Notes under the pieces: model-generated
What the model saw: the letters and a program-made list of their open reading frames with translations, nothing else
The model's database searches: none
Told to the model about the DNA's origin: nothing
Translations under genes and position numbers: made by a program
In this document: positions 19,096 through 28,667 of the stretch, one piece after another
Layout of the letters: each line of letters begins with the position of its first letter
How positions within the stretch are numbered: position 1 is the first letter of the stretch
From: Tepidisphaera sp.
Lineage (GTDB): Bacteria > Planctomycetota > Phycisphaerae > Phycisphaerales > UBA1924
Length of the DNA: 64,000 nucleotides
Direction of reading: 5' to 3'
Assembly: GCA_050916045.1 (NCBI GenBank)
Contig: CP051526.1
Coordinates: 224,001 to 288,000, forward strand

Positions 19096-20502
19096 ATGGC
19101 TCTTCCCTCTCAAGCGGAACGTTCGGGCGATTCGGGTCGCGCGGTGTCGTATCAGACCGGTGGCGGCGGGGGCTCCCGCGTTCCGATGCTCATCATCGGG
19201 TTGCTCGTCGTCGCGGGGGCGACCGGCTCCATCTACTGGCTTGCCCAATCCGGCCCCAAGGACGCTTCCGCCCTGACCGCCAAGAACGGCGAGAAGCCCT
19301 CCGACAAGGGCGGCTTGGTCGCGAAGAAGCCGGACGTGAAGAACGACCTCAAGCCCGACCCCAAGCCCTTCGGCAACTCTCCGGCGGTCGTCGAGCCGGT
19401 CCGCATCTCCCTTGGGTCGGCCCAGCCCGCGACGCCCACCCCTTCCCCCACGGGAACCCCGGCAACCAATCCGTCCGCCAATCCGCCCGCCAATCCGGCC
19501 GGTGGCCAACCGCTCCCCGGCCCGACCAACCCGCCCGCGACCACCCCCGGCGCGGCTCCCGGAAGCACGCCCCCCGCGGGTGAGACCGGCAAGCCCGCTG
19601 GCATCGACGTGACCAGCCCCTCGGGCGCGCCGGGCAACCCGCCCAGTAATGCGCCGGGCGCCAATCCCGGCTCGAATCCGGGCACCGCGCCCTCCGGCCC
19701 CGGATCGCCCCTTCCCGCCACCGGCTCCACAAGCGAGGTCATGAACCTCATGGCCGAGGGTGACCGCAAGCAGAAAGCCGGCGACCTCCTCGGCGCCCGG
19801 GCCCTCCTCAGCAAAGCCCTCCTGAACTCCAAGACGTCCAAGTCCGATCAGGAAGCTCTCCGAACCAAGCTCACGACGATCAACCAGGACCTCATCTTCT
19901 CCGCCAAGGTCACCCCCGGCGATCCGATGTGCGAGGAGTACACGATCGAGCCCGGCGACGGTCTCGAGAAGATCGCTCGCAAACGCGCTCTTGTCACCGA
20001 CTGGCGCCTGATCGAGCGCATCAACAAGGTCGACTCCACCAAGCTCAAGGTCGGCAAGAAGCTCAAGCTCGTCCGCGGCCCCTTCCACGCCGTCGTGACC
20101 AAGTCCGACTACCGCCTCGACCTTTACTGGGGCGTGCCCAGCGATCCGGAGAACTGGATCTACGTTAAATCCTTCAAGGTCGGGCTCGGCCCCAACACGC
20201 CCGTCGGTGACTTCACCGTCAAGACCGCAAGCCGCCAGGTCAACCCGCCGTGGACCAATCCCCAGACCGGCGAGAAGTTCGCCGCCGACGACCCGAAGAA
20301 CCCCATCGGCGAACGCTGGGTCGGTATCGAAGGCAAGGGCGAAGCCGCGAAGTTCAAGGGTTTCGGCATCCACGGCACCATCGAGCCCGACTCCATCGGC
20401 CAGAGCAAGAGCATGGGCTGCGTCCGCATGCTCGACGATGATGTCGCGCTCGTCTACACCATGCTCATGGATCCCGTCAGCGTCGTCAAGCTCGTGCCCT
20501 GA
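19096..20502 (+). CDS. L,D-transpeptidase (YkuD) with LysM domain and Pro-rich linker
   Basis: TM anchor; YTIEPGDGLEKIA LysM; NPIGERW, GIHGT...SMGCVRM catalytic motif. Confidence 0.9.
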   Translation: MALPSQAERSGDSGRAVSYQTGGGGGSRVPMLIIGLLVVAGATGSIYWLAQSGPKDASALTAKNGEKPSDKGGLVAKKPDVKNDLKPDPKPFGNSPAVVEPVRISLGSAQPATPTPSPTGTPATNPSANPPANPAGGQPLPGPTNPPATTPGAAPGSTPPAGETGKPAGIDVTSPSGAPGNPPSNAPGANPGSNPGTAPSGPGSPLPATGSTSEVMNLMAEGDRKQKAGDLLGARALLSKALLNSKTSKSDQEALRTKLTTINQDLIFSAKVTPGDPMCEEYTIEPGDGLEKIARKRALVTDWRLIERINKVDSTKLKVGKKLKLVRGPFHAVVTKSDYRLDLYWGVPSDPENWIYVKSFKVGLGPNTPVGDFTVKTASRQVNPPWTNPQTGEKFAADDPKNPIGERWVGIEGKGEAAKFKGFGIHGTIEPDSIGQSKSMGCVRMLDDDVALVYTMLMDPVSVVKLVP

Positions 20503-20544
20503 TCGCGAGCGCGGTCGGACCGCGGCAAAGCGCTATGCTGCGCC

Positions 20545-21495
20545 ATGGCCGACAAGCCCGTCGTGATCCAGACCGAGCACCTCGATACCCAAGCCGCGGA
20601 CTGGCTCGCGCAGCGCGTGAACCTGTCCGAGATCCCCTTCGCGGAAGCCGCGCGCCTTCGCGCTGCTCTTCCCGAGGCCCAGGGCCTCGTCGTACGCACC
20701 TACACCAAGGTTGACGCCGACCTCCTCGCGCACGCGCCCAGGCTGAAGGTCGTCGCCAGAGCGGGTGTCGGCTTGGACAACATCGATGTGCAAGCCTGCC
20801 GCGCCCGCGGCGTGCAGGTCGTCTACACGCCCGACGCCAATTCTTCGGCCGTCGTCGAGCTCGTCTTCGCCGTGCTGCTCGATGCGATCCGCCCGAGGCT
20901 TTTCCTCGACAAGTCATTGGACGCGGCCGCGTGGGCCAACCTCCGCAAGGAGCTTCTGGGCCGCCGACAGCTCGAAACCATGACGCTCGGCATCCTGGGC
21001 CTCGGCCGCGTCGGAAGCCGCGTCGCTCGCGTCGGTGCGGCGTTCGGCATGACGGTGCTTTATCACGACCTGCGCGACATTCCCGAGAGCTCGGAATTCG
21101 GCGCTCGCCCGGTCCCGTTCGAGAAGCTACTCGCCGAGAGCGACGCTCTCACCATCCATGTCGACGGCAGAGCATCCAACCGGAACCTTCTCGCCGAGGC
21201 GCAGTTCGGCCGCATGAAGCCCGATGCGGTCTTCGTGAACGCGAGCCGCGGCATGGTCGTCGACCACGCCGCGCTCGCCAGGCACCTCACCGCGAACCCC
21301 TCGGCTTCGGCCATTCTCGACGTCCATGAGCCCGAGCCGATCGCTCCGGACAACCCCCTGCTCGGCCTCAAGAACGCGCACCTCATGCCCCACATCGGCG
21401 CCGCGACCGCGAAAGCCCACGAGAACATGAGCTGGGTCGTCCGCGATGTGTGGCGCGTGCTTGAGGGTGTGGCTCCCCAACACCCCGCCCCGTGA
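20545..21495 (+). CDS. D-isomer-specific 2-hydroxyacid dehydrogenase (SerA-like)
   Basis: RAGVGLDNID, GLGRVG, NASRG, LDVHEPEP, PHIGA. Confidence 0.9.
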   Translation: MADKPVVIQTEHLDTQAADWLAQRVNLSEIPFAEAARLRAALPEAQGLVVRTYTKVDADLLAHAPRLKVVARAGVGLDNIDVQACRARGVQVVYTPDANSSAVVELVFAVLLDAIRPRLFLDKSLDAAAWANLRKELLGRRQLETMTLGILGLGRVGSRVARVGAAFGMTVLYHDLRDIPESSEFGARPVPFEKLLAESDALTIHVDGRASNRNLLAEAQFGRMKPDAVFVNASRGMVVDHAALARHLTANPSASAILDVHEPEPIAPDNPLLGLKNAHLMPHIGAATAKAHENMSWVVRDVWRVLEGVAPQHPAP

Positions 21496-21504
21496 GCTTC
21501 GCGA

Positions 21505-21861
21505 TCAGCCGCGGCGGAACTCTTCGGCGTCAAGCTTGCGTTTTTCGGCTTCGCGGTACCGCAGCAGCGTCACAGGGAAAAGCCCGCCGACCACTGCTGT
21601 CGTGATGAACCCGACCAGCAGGAACGGATGGCCCACGTACCCGGGCTGCCCGAGCATCAGCGCAACCACGCCCGTGATCAGAAGCCCGACGCCGACCGCG
21701 ATCCAGAAAAGCTGGAACCCGACGACGAGCCCCTTGGCTTTGCCCTTGGGCGCAAGGATGCCCATCATCGGCCCGCCCACCCCGCCCGCGAGCGCACCGA
21801 TCAAGCCGCCCATGACGCCCGCGATGTGATTGGCTTCGTGAATCGTGAACCATGCGCTCAT
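21505..21861 (-). CDS. Small membrane protein (3 TM), co-transcribed with DUF2089 gene
   Basis: Three Gly-rich hydrophobic helices; 4-nt overlap with upstream gene. Confidence 0.7.
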   Translation of the reverse strand: MSAWFTIHEANHIAGVMGGLIGALAGGVGGPMMGILAPKGKAKGLVVGFQLFWIAVGVGLLITGVVALMLGQPGYVGHPFLLVGFITTAVVGGLFPVTLLRYREAEKRKLDAEEFRRG

Positions 21862-22268
21862 GAGACCACTCCTTGCGAAGAGATGAACGGGGGAATGCCG
21901 CCGCGCTCCGAAGCGTCGGCGATGGGTGTGCTTGATGAAGCGACGATCGGAGAACCGCTCAGGTGCTTGCGAGCGGCGTCACGCACGACCCGCGCCGCCG
22001 AGACCGACATCTCGCCGCGCTCGACAAGCGTCGCGAGCAGATCGCTCAGCGGGTCCTGCTTCTTCCCCTCAACCGCCGCTTGAAGCCGTTCGATCACGCG
22101 ATCCAGCCGCAGCCGGATCGTCGGATAGCTCACCCCGTACACCGTCGCCAGCTCCTTGAGCGACCCCGACCGCAGCACCAGCTCCACGATGAGGTCCAGA
22201 TCCTCCCTCGGGAGGGCCCGGAGGGGGTGGCTTTCGAGCGGCGACGAGTTTGACAAATCGACGGCCAT
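21858..22268 (-). CDS. DUF2089-family HTH protein
   Basis: VLRSGSLKELATVYGVSYPTIRLRLDRVI. Confidence 0.85.
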   Translation of the reverse strand: MAVDLSNSSPLESHPLRALPREDLDLIVELVLRSGSLKELATVYGVSYPTIRLRLDRVIERLQAAVEGKKQDPLSDLLATLVERGEMSVSAARVVRDAARKHLSGSPIVASSSTPIADASERGGIPPFISSQGVVS

Positions 22269-22277
22269 GTTGAACAA

Positions 22278-22305
22278 AACATAACCGCTACTTTTGATTT
22301 GTCAA
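22278..22305 (-). promoter_or_regulatory. Sigma70-type promoter of DUF2089 operon
   Basis: TTGACA-N16-TATGTT on minus strand, 9 nt before ATG; flanked by 10-bp inverted repeat. Confidence 0.65.
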
Positions 22306-22322
22306 GGTCAACTTTCGAATTG

Positions 22323-23582
22323 CTATGGTCGGGTTGCCAGTTTCTCGATCTCTGAGGCCGCTCGGTCGGCTCCGTGTTCGGATTTCATAAGGTTTGCCAG
22401 CCGATGGGCGTTTGACGAAGCGGCCGGGCTTTCGAGCATCGTGCGGATGGCGGAAGCCAAGCGGGCGGCGGTCACTTTCGGGCGGGGGAGGGTTTCGGAG
22501 ACGCCGAGGCGTTTGAGGCGGGCGGCGTTGTCGAACTGGTCGTGGGCGTGGGGGATGACGACCGTCGGTCGGCCGGCGCGGAGGGCTTGGCCGGTGCTTC
22601 CGATCCCGCCGTGGTGGACGTTCACGGCGCAGCGGGGCATGACGGCGGAGAAGCGGGCGTACTCGACCGCGAGCGAGCCGGCGGGGAGGTTCTTGGGCTC
22701 GGAGCGGCCGGGGCCGACGAGGAGCAAACCGCGGCGGCCGAGGATGCGGCAAGCCTCGGCGGCGTGCTCGTAGAAATCGCCCGCGACGTGGACGGCGGCG
22801 GTGCCGAGCGTGAAGAGGATCGGCGGCTCGCCCGCGGCGAGGAAGGCTTCGAGGCGTTCGCCGGCGGTCTCCTGTTCGCCGTGGCGGTCGTGCCAGGGGA
22901 AGCCGCAGATGACGCTTTGCGGCGGGTCGTCCGCGAGGGGCGGGCGGAGCACGGGGGACCACATGCCGAGGTTGATGGTGCCGCCGCGGGTGATGCGGAG
23001 GTATTCACGTTTGGCTTTCGCCAAGCCGATCTCGCGGCGGGCTTTGTGGATGATCGGGTCCATGAACCATCCGAGCATGGGGCCCTTGAGCGCGTGCATG
23101 AGCCAGAGGGTGAACCTGCCCGGATAGACGGACGACCAAGACTGCGGCGTGAAGAGATCGCCCCTGCTCATCCACATCATGGGAGCGAGCACGACGACCG
23201 CGCTGGGCACGCGTGCTTGTTCGGCTGCCCACGCGGCACCGAGGGCGATGTGGTGGTGGACGACGGCGTCGAACGAGCGTGCTTCGAGCTGTTCGCGGGC
23301 CGCCCGGAAGGACTCGGTGGCGAACTTTCCGACCAGCAGGTCGAGGACGACTTTGGCCCCCTTGCGCTCGTGCATGAGGTCGGGGATGGTCTCGTGGACC
23401 TTCTTGAGGTCCACGTGCTCACCGACACCGATGAAGCTGAGGCCGGCTTCTTCGACCTGCCCGCGGTAGTACGGGTTGGTCATCAGGACGGCTTGATGCC
23501 CCCGTTCCACGAGCGAGCGTCCGATGGCGATGAACGGGTTGACGTCGCCGTGGGAGCCGGCCGTGACAAGCAGGACGCGCAT
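22323..23582 (-). CDS. GT1-family glycosyltransferase
   Basis: GSHGDVNPFIAIG, VHHGGIGS, PHAHDQFDNA. Confidence 0.92.
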   Translation of the reverse strand: MRVLLVTAGSHGDVNPFIAIGRSLVERGHQAVLMTNPYYRGQVEEAGLSFIGVGEHVDLKKVHETIPDLMHERKGAKVVLDLLVGKFATESFRAAREQLEARSFDAVVHHHIALGAAWAAEQARVPSAVVVLAPMMWMSRGDLFTPQSWSSVYPGRFTLWLMHALKGPMLGWFMDPIIHKARREIGLAKAKREYLRITRGGTINLGMWSPVLRPPLADDPPQSVICGFPWHDRHGEQETAGERLEAFLAAGEPPILFTLGTAAVHVAGDFYEHAAEACRILGRRGLLLVGPGRSEPKNLPAGSLAVEYARFSAVMPRCAVNVHHGGIGSTGQALRAGRPTVVIPHAHDQFDNAARLKRLGVSETLPRPKVTAARLASAIRTMLESPAASSNAHRLANLMKSEHGADRAASEIEKLATRP

Positions 23583-23798
23583 ATCGGAGAATAGAAGGGG
23601 CCGGCGAGCCAGCGGTGGTGCGTCCCGCCGGAGGCGGCGTCGCGCGATATGGGACCCGCACAGGTTCCGCCCGGTTCTGAAGGGGTCGGGAATTGCTCAG
23701 GAGCGGGGTTGTCCGCCCGATACAGACTATTGTCCGGGTCCCGGTGCGAACTCCCGATAACGCGGGCCCGTACCGGAAGCTCGGGCTTTCGCTTGGAC

Positions 23799-23838
23799 GG
23801 GTTGGGGGATGATGGGGGTAGGGTGGGGGAGGGTGGGG
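23799..23838 (+). repeat. G-run tract (G-quadruplex-like)
   Basis: Seven G3-G5 runs in 40 nt, upstream of gmd. Confidence 0.6.
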
Positions 23839-23877
23839 CTTCAGCGTCTTGGGTTCACTTATTGAAGGATTCGCCGA

Positions 23878-24936
23878 ATGTCGACCAACCGCCGCGCTCT
23901 TATCACTGGCATCACCGGGCAGGACGGCTCGTACCTGGCCGAGTTTCTGATCGAGAAGGGGTACGAGGTGCACGGGATCATCCGTCGCTCCTCCTCCTTC
24001 AACACCGGGCGCATCGACCACATCTATCTCGACCCGCACGTCAAGGGCGGCAAGCTCAAGCTTCACTACGGCGACCTGTGCGATGCCAACGGCCTCGCCA
24101 AGCTGATGCAGCAGGTGCGGCCGCACGAGGTGTACAACCTGGGCGCTCAGTCGCACGTGCGCGTGTCGTTCGACATGCCGCTTTACACGGCGGATAGCGT
24201 CGGGATGGGCGCTCTCCGCCTGCTCGAAGCCGTCCGCGAGTTCCAGCAGGAGTCCGGCCAGCAGGTGCGGTACTACCAGGCGAGCTCATCGGAGCAGTAC
24301 GGCAAGGTGGTCGAGACGCCCCAGACCGAGACGACGCCGTTCTACCCGCGTTCGCCGTACGCGTGTGCCAAGATGATGGCGCACTGGGCGACGGTCAACT
24401 ATCGCGAGAGCTATGGGATGCACGCTTCGTGCGGGATCCTGTTCAACCACGAGAGCCCGCGTCGCGGCGAGACGTTCGTGACGCGCAAGATCACGCGGGC
24501 GGTGGGGCGGATCAAGCTTGGCATGCAGGACAAGGTGTACCTGGGCAACCTCGACAGCAAGCGCGACTGGGGGTATGCGGGCGACTACGTCAAGATGATG
24601 TGGATGATGCTCCAGCAGGAGAAGCCCGACGACTACGTGATCGCGACGGGCAAGACGATCAGCGTGCGCGAGTTCTGCGAGCTTGCGTTCCGCCACGTGG
24701 GCCTCGACTACAAGGACTATGTCGCGTTTGACCAGCGGTACCTGCGGCCGGCCGAGGTCGACCTGCTCCTGGGCGACCCGACGAAAGCCAAGCAGAAGCT
24801 CGGTTGGGTCCCGACGACGTCGGTCGAGCAGCTCGCGGCGATGATGGTGGACTACGACCTTGAGCTGGCCAAGCGTGAGAAGACCCTCCGCGACGCGGGC
24901 CACAAGATGCCGGAGTACGCCGGGCACGATCAGTAG
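23878..24936 (+). CDS. gmd: GDP-mannose 4,6-dehydratase
   Basis: [56 protein letters not shown]. Confidence 0.97.
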   Translation: MSTNRRALITGITGQDGSYLAEFLIEKGYEVHGIIRRSSSFNTGRIDHIYLDPHVKGGKLKLHYGDLCDANGLAKLMQQVRPHEVYNLGAQSHVRVSFDMPLYTADSVGMGALRLLEAVREFQQESGQQVRYYQASSSEQYGKVVETPQTETTPFYPRSPYACAKMMAHWATVNYRESYGMHASCGILFNHESPRRGETFVTRKITRAVGRIKLGMQDKVYLGNLDSKRDWGYAGDYVKMMWMMLQQEKPDDYVIATGKTISVREFCELAFRHVGLDYKDYVAFDQRYLRPAEVDLLLGDPTKAKQKLGWVPTTSVEQLAAMMVDYDLELAKREKTLRDAGHKMPEYAGHDQ

Positions 24937-24956
24937 TAGACCGAACGAGGCCGGAA

Positions 24957-25721
24957 CTAAGTTCGTTTCTCGGTCGCGCGTCCAAGTCCGCACTCGGGAC
25001 AGCCGGGTGCTGTTTGTTGGCGGAGGTCGTACGCACAAGTCGGGCACCGTCCGAGCCGTTTCCACCATGCTCCGCGAATACTCCGCGGGGCGTAAGTAAT
25101 CGCGAGCCACGCGCCCGTGTAAAGCAGGGTGTTCGAGATCAGGCCAAACCAGACCGGCTTCAGCGGCAGTGCGCGCGGCTCGGATATGTGATTTGTGCGT
25201 ATCCGCTTCATGAAGCAGTTCAGTGAAATGGCATCATGAGTCGGATAGAAATCGAACTCGTGTGCTTTCCAGCCGGGAATCGGGTCGTCAAACGAGCAGG
25301 CCAGCGCACGGAACGGCCAACCGGTTCGCATCTCAGTCAGGGACGACTCGCTGTTCGCGCCCGTATTGGACCACGGTGCGGACGGTCGCGATGGACGTGT
25401 CGTGTTCCACGCCGCAGACCATGAAGGAGTCATGGTTCCCGCCTTTCCCTTGTCGCTCGCTTTCAAGACTGGCGAAGAAGGGTCGCTCGGAGGTTCATTC
25501 TGCCACGCGACGTTCACGAGGTCCTTCCATGTATCGGACGTCATGGAAGTGTGAACCGTAAACCCCTCGTGCGCGATCTCTTCAGACTCTCCAAGAAGTT
25601 CGAGGTGGCTCACAACAGCCGGGGGTGTCCATGCGACCACGAGTGTGGTCGCGAAGCCAAGAAGGAACGCGAAGGTGAGCCGGATCGCAGGCCAAACTCT
25701 GGAGCGAGAGACCTCCGTCAT
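24957..25721 (-). CDS. Hypothetical membrane protein with C-terminal Zn ribbon
   Basis: Two TM segments, GWPFRAL, RCPTCAYDL...CPECG; more AT-rich codons than neighbours. Confidence 0.75.
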   Translation of the reverse strand: MTEVSRSRVWPAIRLTFAFLLGFATTLVVAWTPPAVVSHLELLGESEEIAHEGFTVHTSMTSDTWKDLVNVAWQNEPPSDPSSPVLKASDKGKAGTMTPSWSAAWNTTRPSRPSAPWSNTGANSESSLTEMRTGWPFRALACSFDDPIPGWKAHEFDFYPTHDAISLNCFMKRIRTNHISEPRALPLKPVWFGLISNTLLYTGAWLAITYAPRSIRGAWWKRLGRCPTCAYDLRQQTAPGCPECGLGRATEKRT

Positions 25722-25797
25722 GTGCCAAGTGTACGCGACGGCGCATCGGGACCACAGATCGTGGATCAGCGTGCGCTGCCCGTAACCGCCTTGCTGC

Positions 25798-27378
25798 TTA
25801 TACCCCGAGCTTGGTCGAAAGCCACGCCGGCACCTGATCGATCGCGACCTTCTCCTGCTGGGCTGTGTCGCGGTCGCGGATCGTCACGACCTGGCCCGTC
25901 AGCGTGTCGTTGTCGATGGTGATGCAGTACGGCGTGCCGGCTTCGTCCATGCGGGCGTAGCGTTTGCCGATGGACTGCTTCTCGTCCATCTCGATGACGC
26001 CGATCTTCCAGAACTTGTCGGTGAGGGCGGTGTGGAGCTTTTCGGCGATCTCGGGCATGCCGTCCTTGGCGACCAGGGGGAAGACGGCGGCTTTGATCGG
26101 AGCGACGCGCGGGTGGAACTTCATGAATTCCGGGCTGGCGCGGCTTTCGTCCTTGGTGTACCCCTCGCAGAGCAACGCCAGCACGCCGCGGTCGAGGCCG
26201 GCGGCGGGCTCGATGCAGTGGGGGAGGTAGCGTTCGCCGCGGCGTGAGCCGTTGGGCAGGAGCTCACCGCGCTCGGTGTCGTTGTACTCGAGCTTGACCT
26301 TGCTGTGCGTCTGGTGCTGCGTGAGGTCGTAGTTGCCGCGGTGGGCGATCCCTTCGAGCTCGCCAAAGCCGGGAGCGGTGAAGGGGAAGCGATACTCAAC
26401 GTCGGAGGTGCCGACGGAGTAGTGCGAGAGCTCATCCTTGTCGTGCTCGCGGAGGATGAGGTTGTCGCCGGCGAGGCCGATGTCCTTCCACCACTGCATG
26501 CGGAAGTCGCGCCAGAACTTGTACCAGGCTTGCGATTCGTCGGGGTGGCAGAAGAACTCGAGCTCCATCTGCTCGAACTCGCGGGAGCGGAAGGTGAAGT
26601 TGCGGGGCGTGACCTCGTTGCGGAAGGAGGTGCCGACGTTGCCGATGCCGAAGGGGACCTTGACGCGGGTGGAGTCGACCACGTTTTTGAACTGGAGGAA
26701 GATGCCCTGAGCGGTCTCTGGACGGAGGTAGGCGACATCGTCCTCGCTCGCGGTCGCGCCGATGTAGGTCTTGAACATCAGGTTGAACTGCTTGGGCTCG
26801 GTGAGCGTGCCGACTTTGTCAGCGTCAGGCCCGAGCACCTTGGCGAAGTCCGCGACGGGGATTTCGGTGAGCGCGATGACCTTCACCTGGCCGAAGGCTT
26901 TCTCGGCTTTCTTCTGCTGTTTGGCTTCGCTGGGCGAATCCTTCATGAACGCGAAGAGCGGTTTGTCACCGGGGTCGCCGGCGGCGGGGACGAAGACGCT
27001 GACATGGTCGTAGCGGTAACGCTGCTTGGTTTCTTTGCAGTCGACCATGGGGTCGTTGAACCCGCCGACGTGGCCGCTTGCGACCCAGGCTTTGGGATGC
27101 TGGATGATGCGTGTTTCGAGGGGGACGCAGCGGACGGGGGCGCCGTTGGGGCCGTGCTTGCCCCACGCCGGGCGCATGATCATGTCCTGCCACCAGGCTT
27201 CGCGGAGGTTTTTCTTGAGCTGGGCACCGAGGGGGCCGTAATCCCAGAAGCCGTTGATGCCGCCGTAGATGTCCGACGCCTGGAAGATGAAGCCGCGGCG
27301 CTTGCAGAGCGCCATGATGGCGTCCATGGACTTGGCGGGGGAAGGCGAAGCAGAAGCCGAGGATTCCGGGGTCGTCAT
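25798..27378 (-). CDS. glyQS: Glycine--tRNA ligase (homodimeric type)
   Basis: LCKRRGF, WDYGPLG, YLRPETAQGIF, SFRNEVTP, FRSREFEQMELE, IGKRYARMDEAGTP. Confidence 0.96.
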   Translation of the reverse strand: MTTPESSASASPSPAKSMDAIMALCKRRGFIFQASDIYGGINGFWDYGPLGAQLKKNLREAWWQDMIMRPAWGKHGPNGAPVRCVPLETRIIQHPKAWVASGHVGGFNDPMVDCKETKQRYRYDHVSVFVPAAGDPGDKPLFAFMKDSPSEAKQQKKAEKAFGQVKVIALTEIPVADFAKVLGPDADKVGTLTEPKQFNLMFKTYIGATASEDDVAYLRPETAQGIFLQFKNVVDSTRVKVPFGIGNVGTSFRNEVTPRNFTFRSREFEQMELEFFCHPDESQAWYKFWRDFRMQWWKDIGLAGDNLILREHDKDELSHYSVGTSDVEYRFPFTAPGFGELEGIAHRGNYDLTQHQTHSKVKLEYNDTERGELLPNGSRRGERYLPHCIEPAAGLDRGVLALLCEGYTKDESRASPEFMKFHPRVAPIKAAVFPLVAKDGMPEIAEKLHTALTDKFWKIGVIEMDEKQSIGKRYARMDEAGTPYCITIDNDTLTGQVVTIRDRDTAQQEKVAIDQVPAWLSTKLGV

Positions 27379-27401
27379 AAGGCCCGATGGTAGGGGAGGC
27401 C

Positions 27402-28649
27402 TCAGCGCTTGGTGGCTTTGGAAGCCGCTTTCAGGTCGGCGACGGTCAGCACCGTGGCCGTCCCGCCGCCGTGCTCCTTGGCGATGAGGTCCATGAGGCC
27501 GGAGGGGTCCTTGGCGACGAACTGGATGGTGCGGATGGTGGTGGCGCGGCGGCCGGAAGCGTCTTTGGGGTTGGCTTCATCGAGCGCGAGCATGACCTGG
27601 CGTTCGCCGGGGCCCCAACTGGTGCCACTACGGCGGATGCCGCGGGTGAGGAGGAAGACCACGTCGGGCTTCATTGAGAGCGCGAGGCGCAAGCCGGTCA
27701 GGGGGTTGGAAGCACCGTCGGACTGGAGGTTTCCGACGAGTGAGGCGAGCTGCTTGCGGGAGTCTTCGCCGACCCGGAGGAGCGCGGGGGGCGAGGCATT
27801 GCCAGCCGCGGCTGCTTGGCCAAGCCAGAGTGCCGAGGCGTACAGGTCTTCGAGCGGCGGAAGCGCGGTCGTCGACTCGGGCTTGTCCCCGTCGAAGGCG
27901 GGATCATGGGTTTCCGAAGCTTGGGAAGCGTCGCCGCTTGCGGCGTTTTGCGAGCCGGCGGGGGGCGTCGGGTCGCGGAAGAGGACGACCTGAAACTCCT
28001 GATCGGGGCCGAGGCGATTGACGCAGCGTTTGAGTTCCTCAAGCACGAACGGCAGCGACCCGACCATTACGCCGGAGATGTCGACGGCGTAGACGACGCG
28101 TTTGGCCCGATCGGCTTTCACTCCGGCGAACGCCGCGATGGGGCGGACCTCGGGGGGAGGCTCGGGCGTGGCGTGCTTGGGCGGAGCGGGGGCGGCGGGC
28201 GGCGCGGACGGCGGAGCTTCGATCGAGATGGCAAAGGACGGCTTGGGCGTCGGGAGCTCGATGGGCACCTTTGCGGCCGGTGCGTCGGGCTGGGGCAGCG
28301 TCGCGACGCTGGGCTCGGACGGGGGCGCGGGCTCAGCCGGAGCGGCATCGGCTTGGGCGGGAGCCGGCTCGGGCGTTGGCGGCGTCGGCTCGGGAATCAG
28401 AGCCGGAGCGGGCTCGGGGGGAGCGGGTACGGGCAGGGTGGGTGCGGCCGGAGGCGGATCCGTCATGGCCAGATCGAGGCCGAGGACGACGGTGTCGCTT
28501 TCACCCACGATGTCGGTCGTCGGCGGCGGGTTGCTCGGGGGCCTGGTGAGGACGAGCAAGCCGGCGGCGTGGACGCAGAGCGAGAGCACGACGGCGGCGA
28601 GCATGGCTCGGTCGGTCCTTCGTGTTCCGGCGTTCCGTCGCGTCATCAT
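27402..28649 (-). CDS. Membrane-anchored Pro-rich protein with vWA-like C-domain
   Basis: TM SLCVHA; Pro/Ala linker; VVYAVDISGVM, FQVVLF, PDVVFLLT, IRTIQF. Confidence 0.7.
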   Translation of the reverse strand: MMTRRNAGTRRTDRAMLAAVVLSLCVHAAGLLVLTRPPSNPPPTTDIVGESDTVVLGLDLAMTDPPPAAPTLPVPAPPEPAPALIPEPTPPTPEPAPAQADAAPAEPAPPSEPSVATLPQPDAPAAKVPIELPTPKPSFAISIEAPPSAPPAAPAPPKHATPEPPPEVRPIAAFAGVKADRAKRVVYAVDISGVMVGSLPFVLEELKRCVNRLGPDQEFQVVLFRDPTPPAGSQNAASGDASQASETHDPAFDGDKPESTTALPPLEDLYASALWLGQAAAAGNASPPALLRVGEDSRKQLASLVGNLQSDGASNPLTGLRLALSMKPDVVFLLTRGIRRSGTSWGPGERQVMLALDEANPKDASGRRATTIRTIQFVAKDPSGLMDLIAKEHGGGTATVLTVADLKAASKATKR

Positions 28650-28667
28650 CGCATCCAGTCCGACTGA

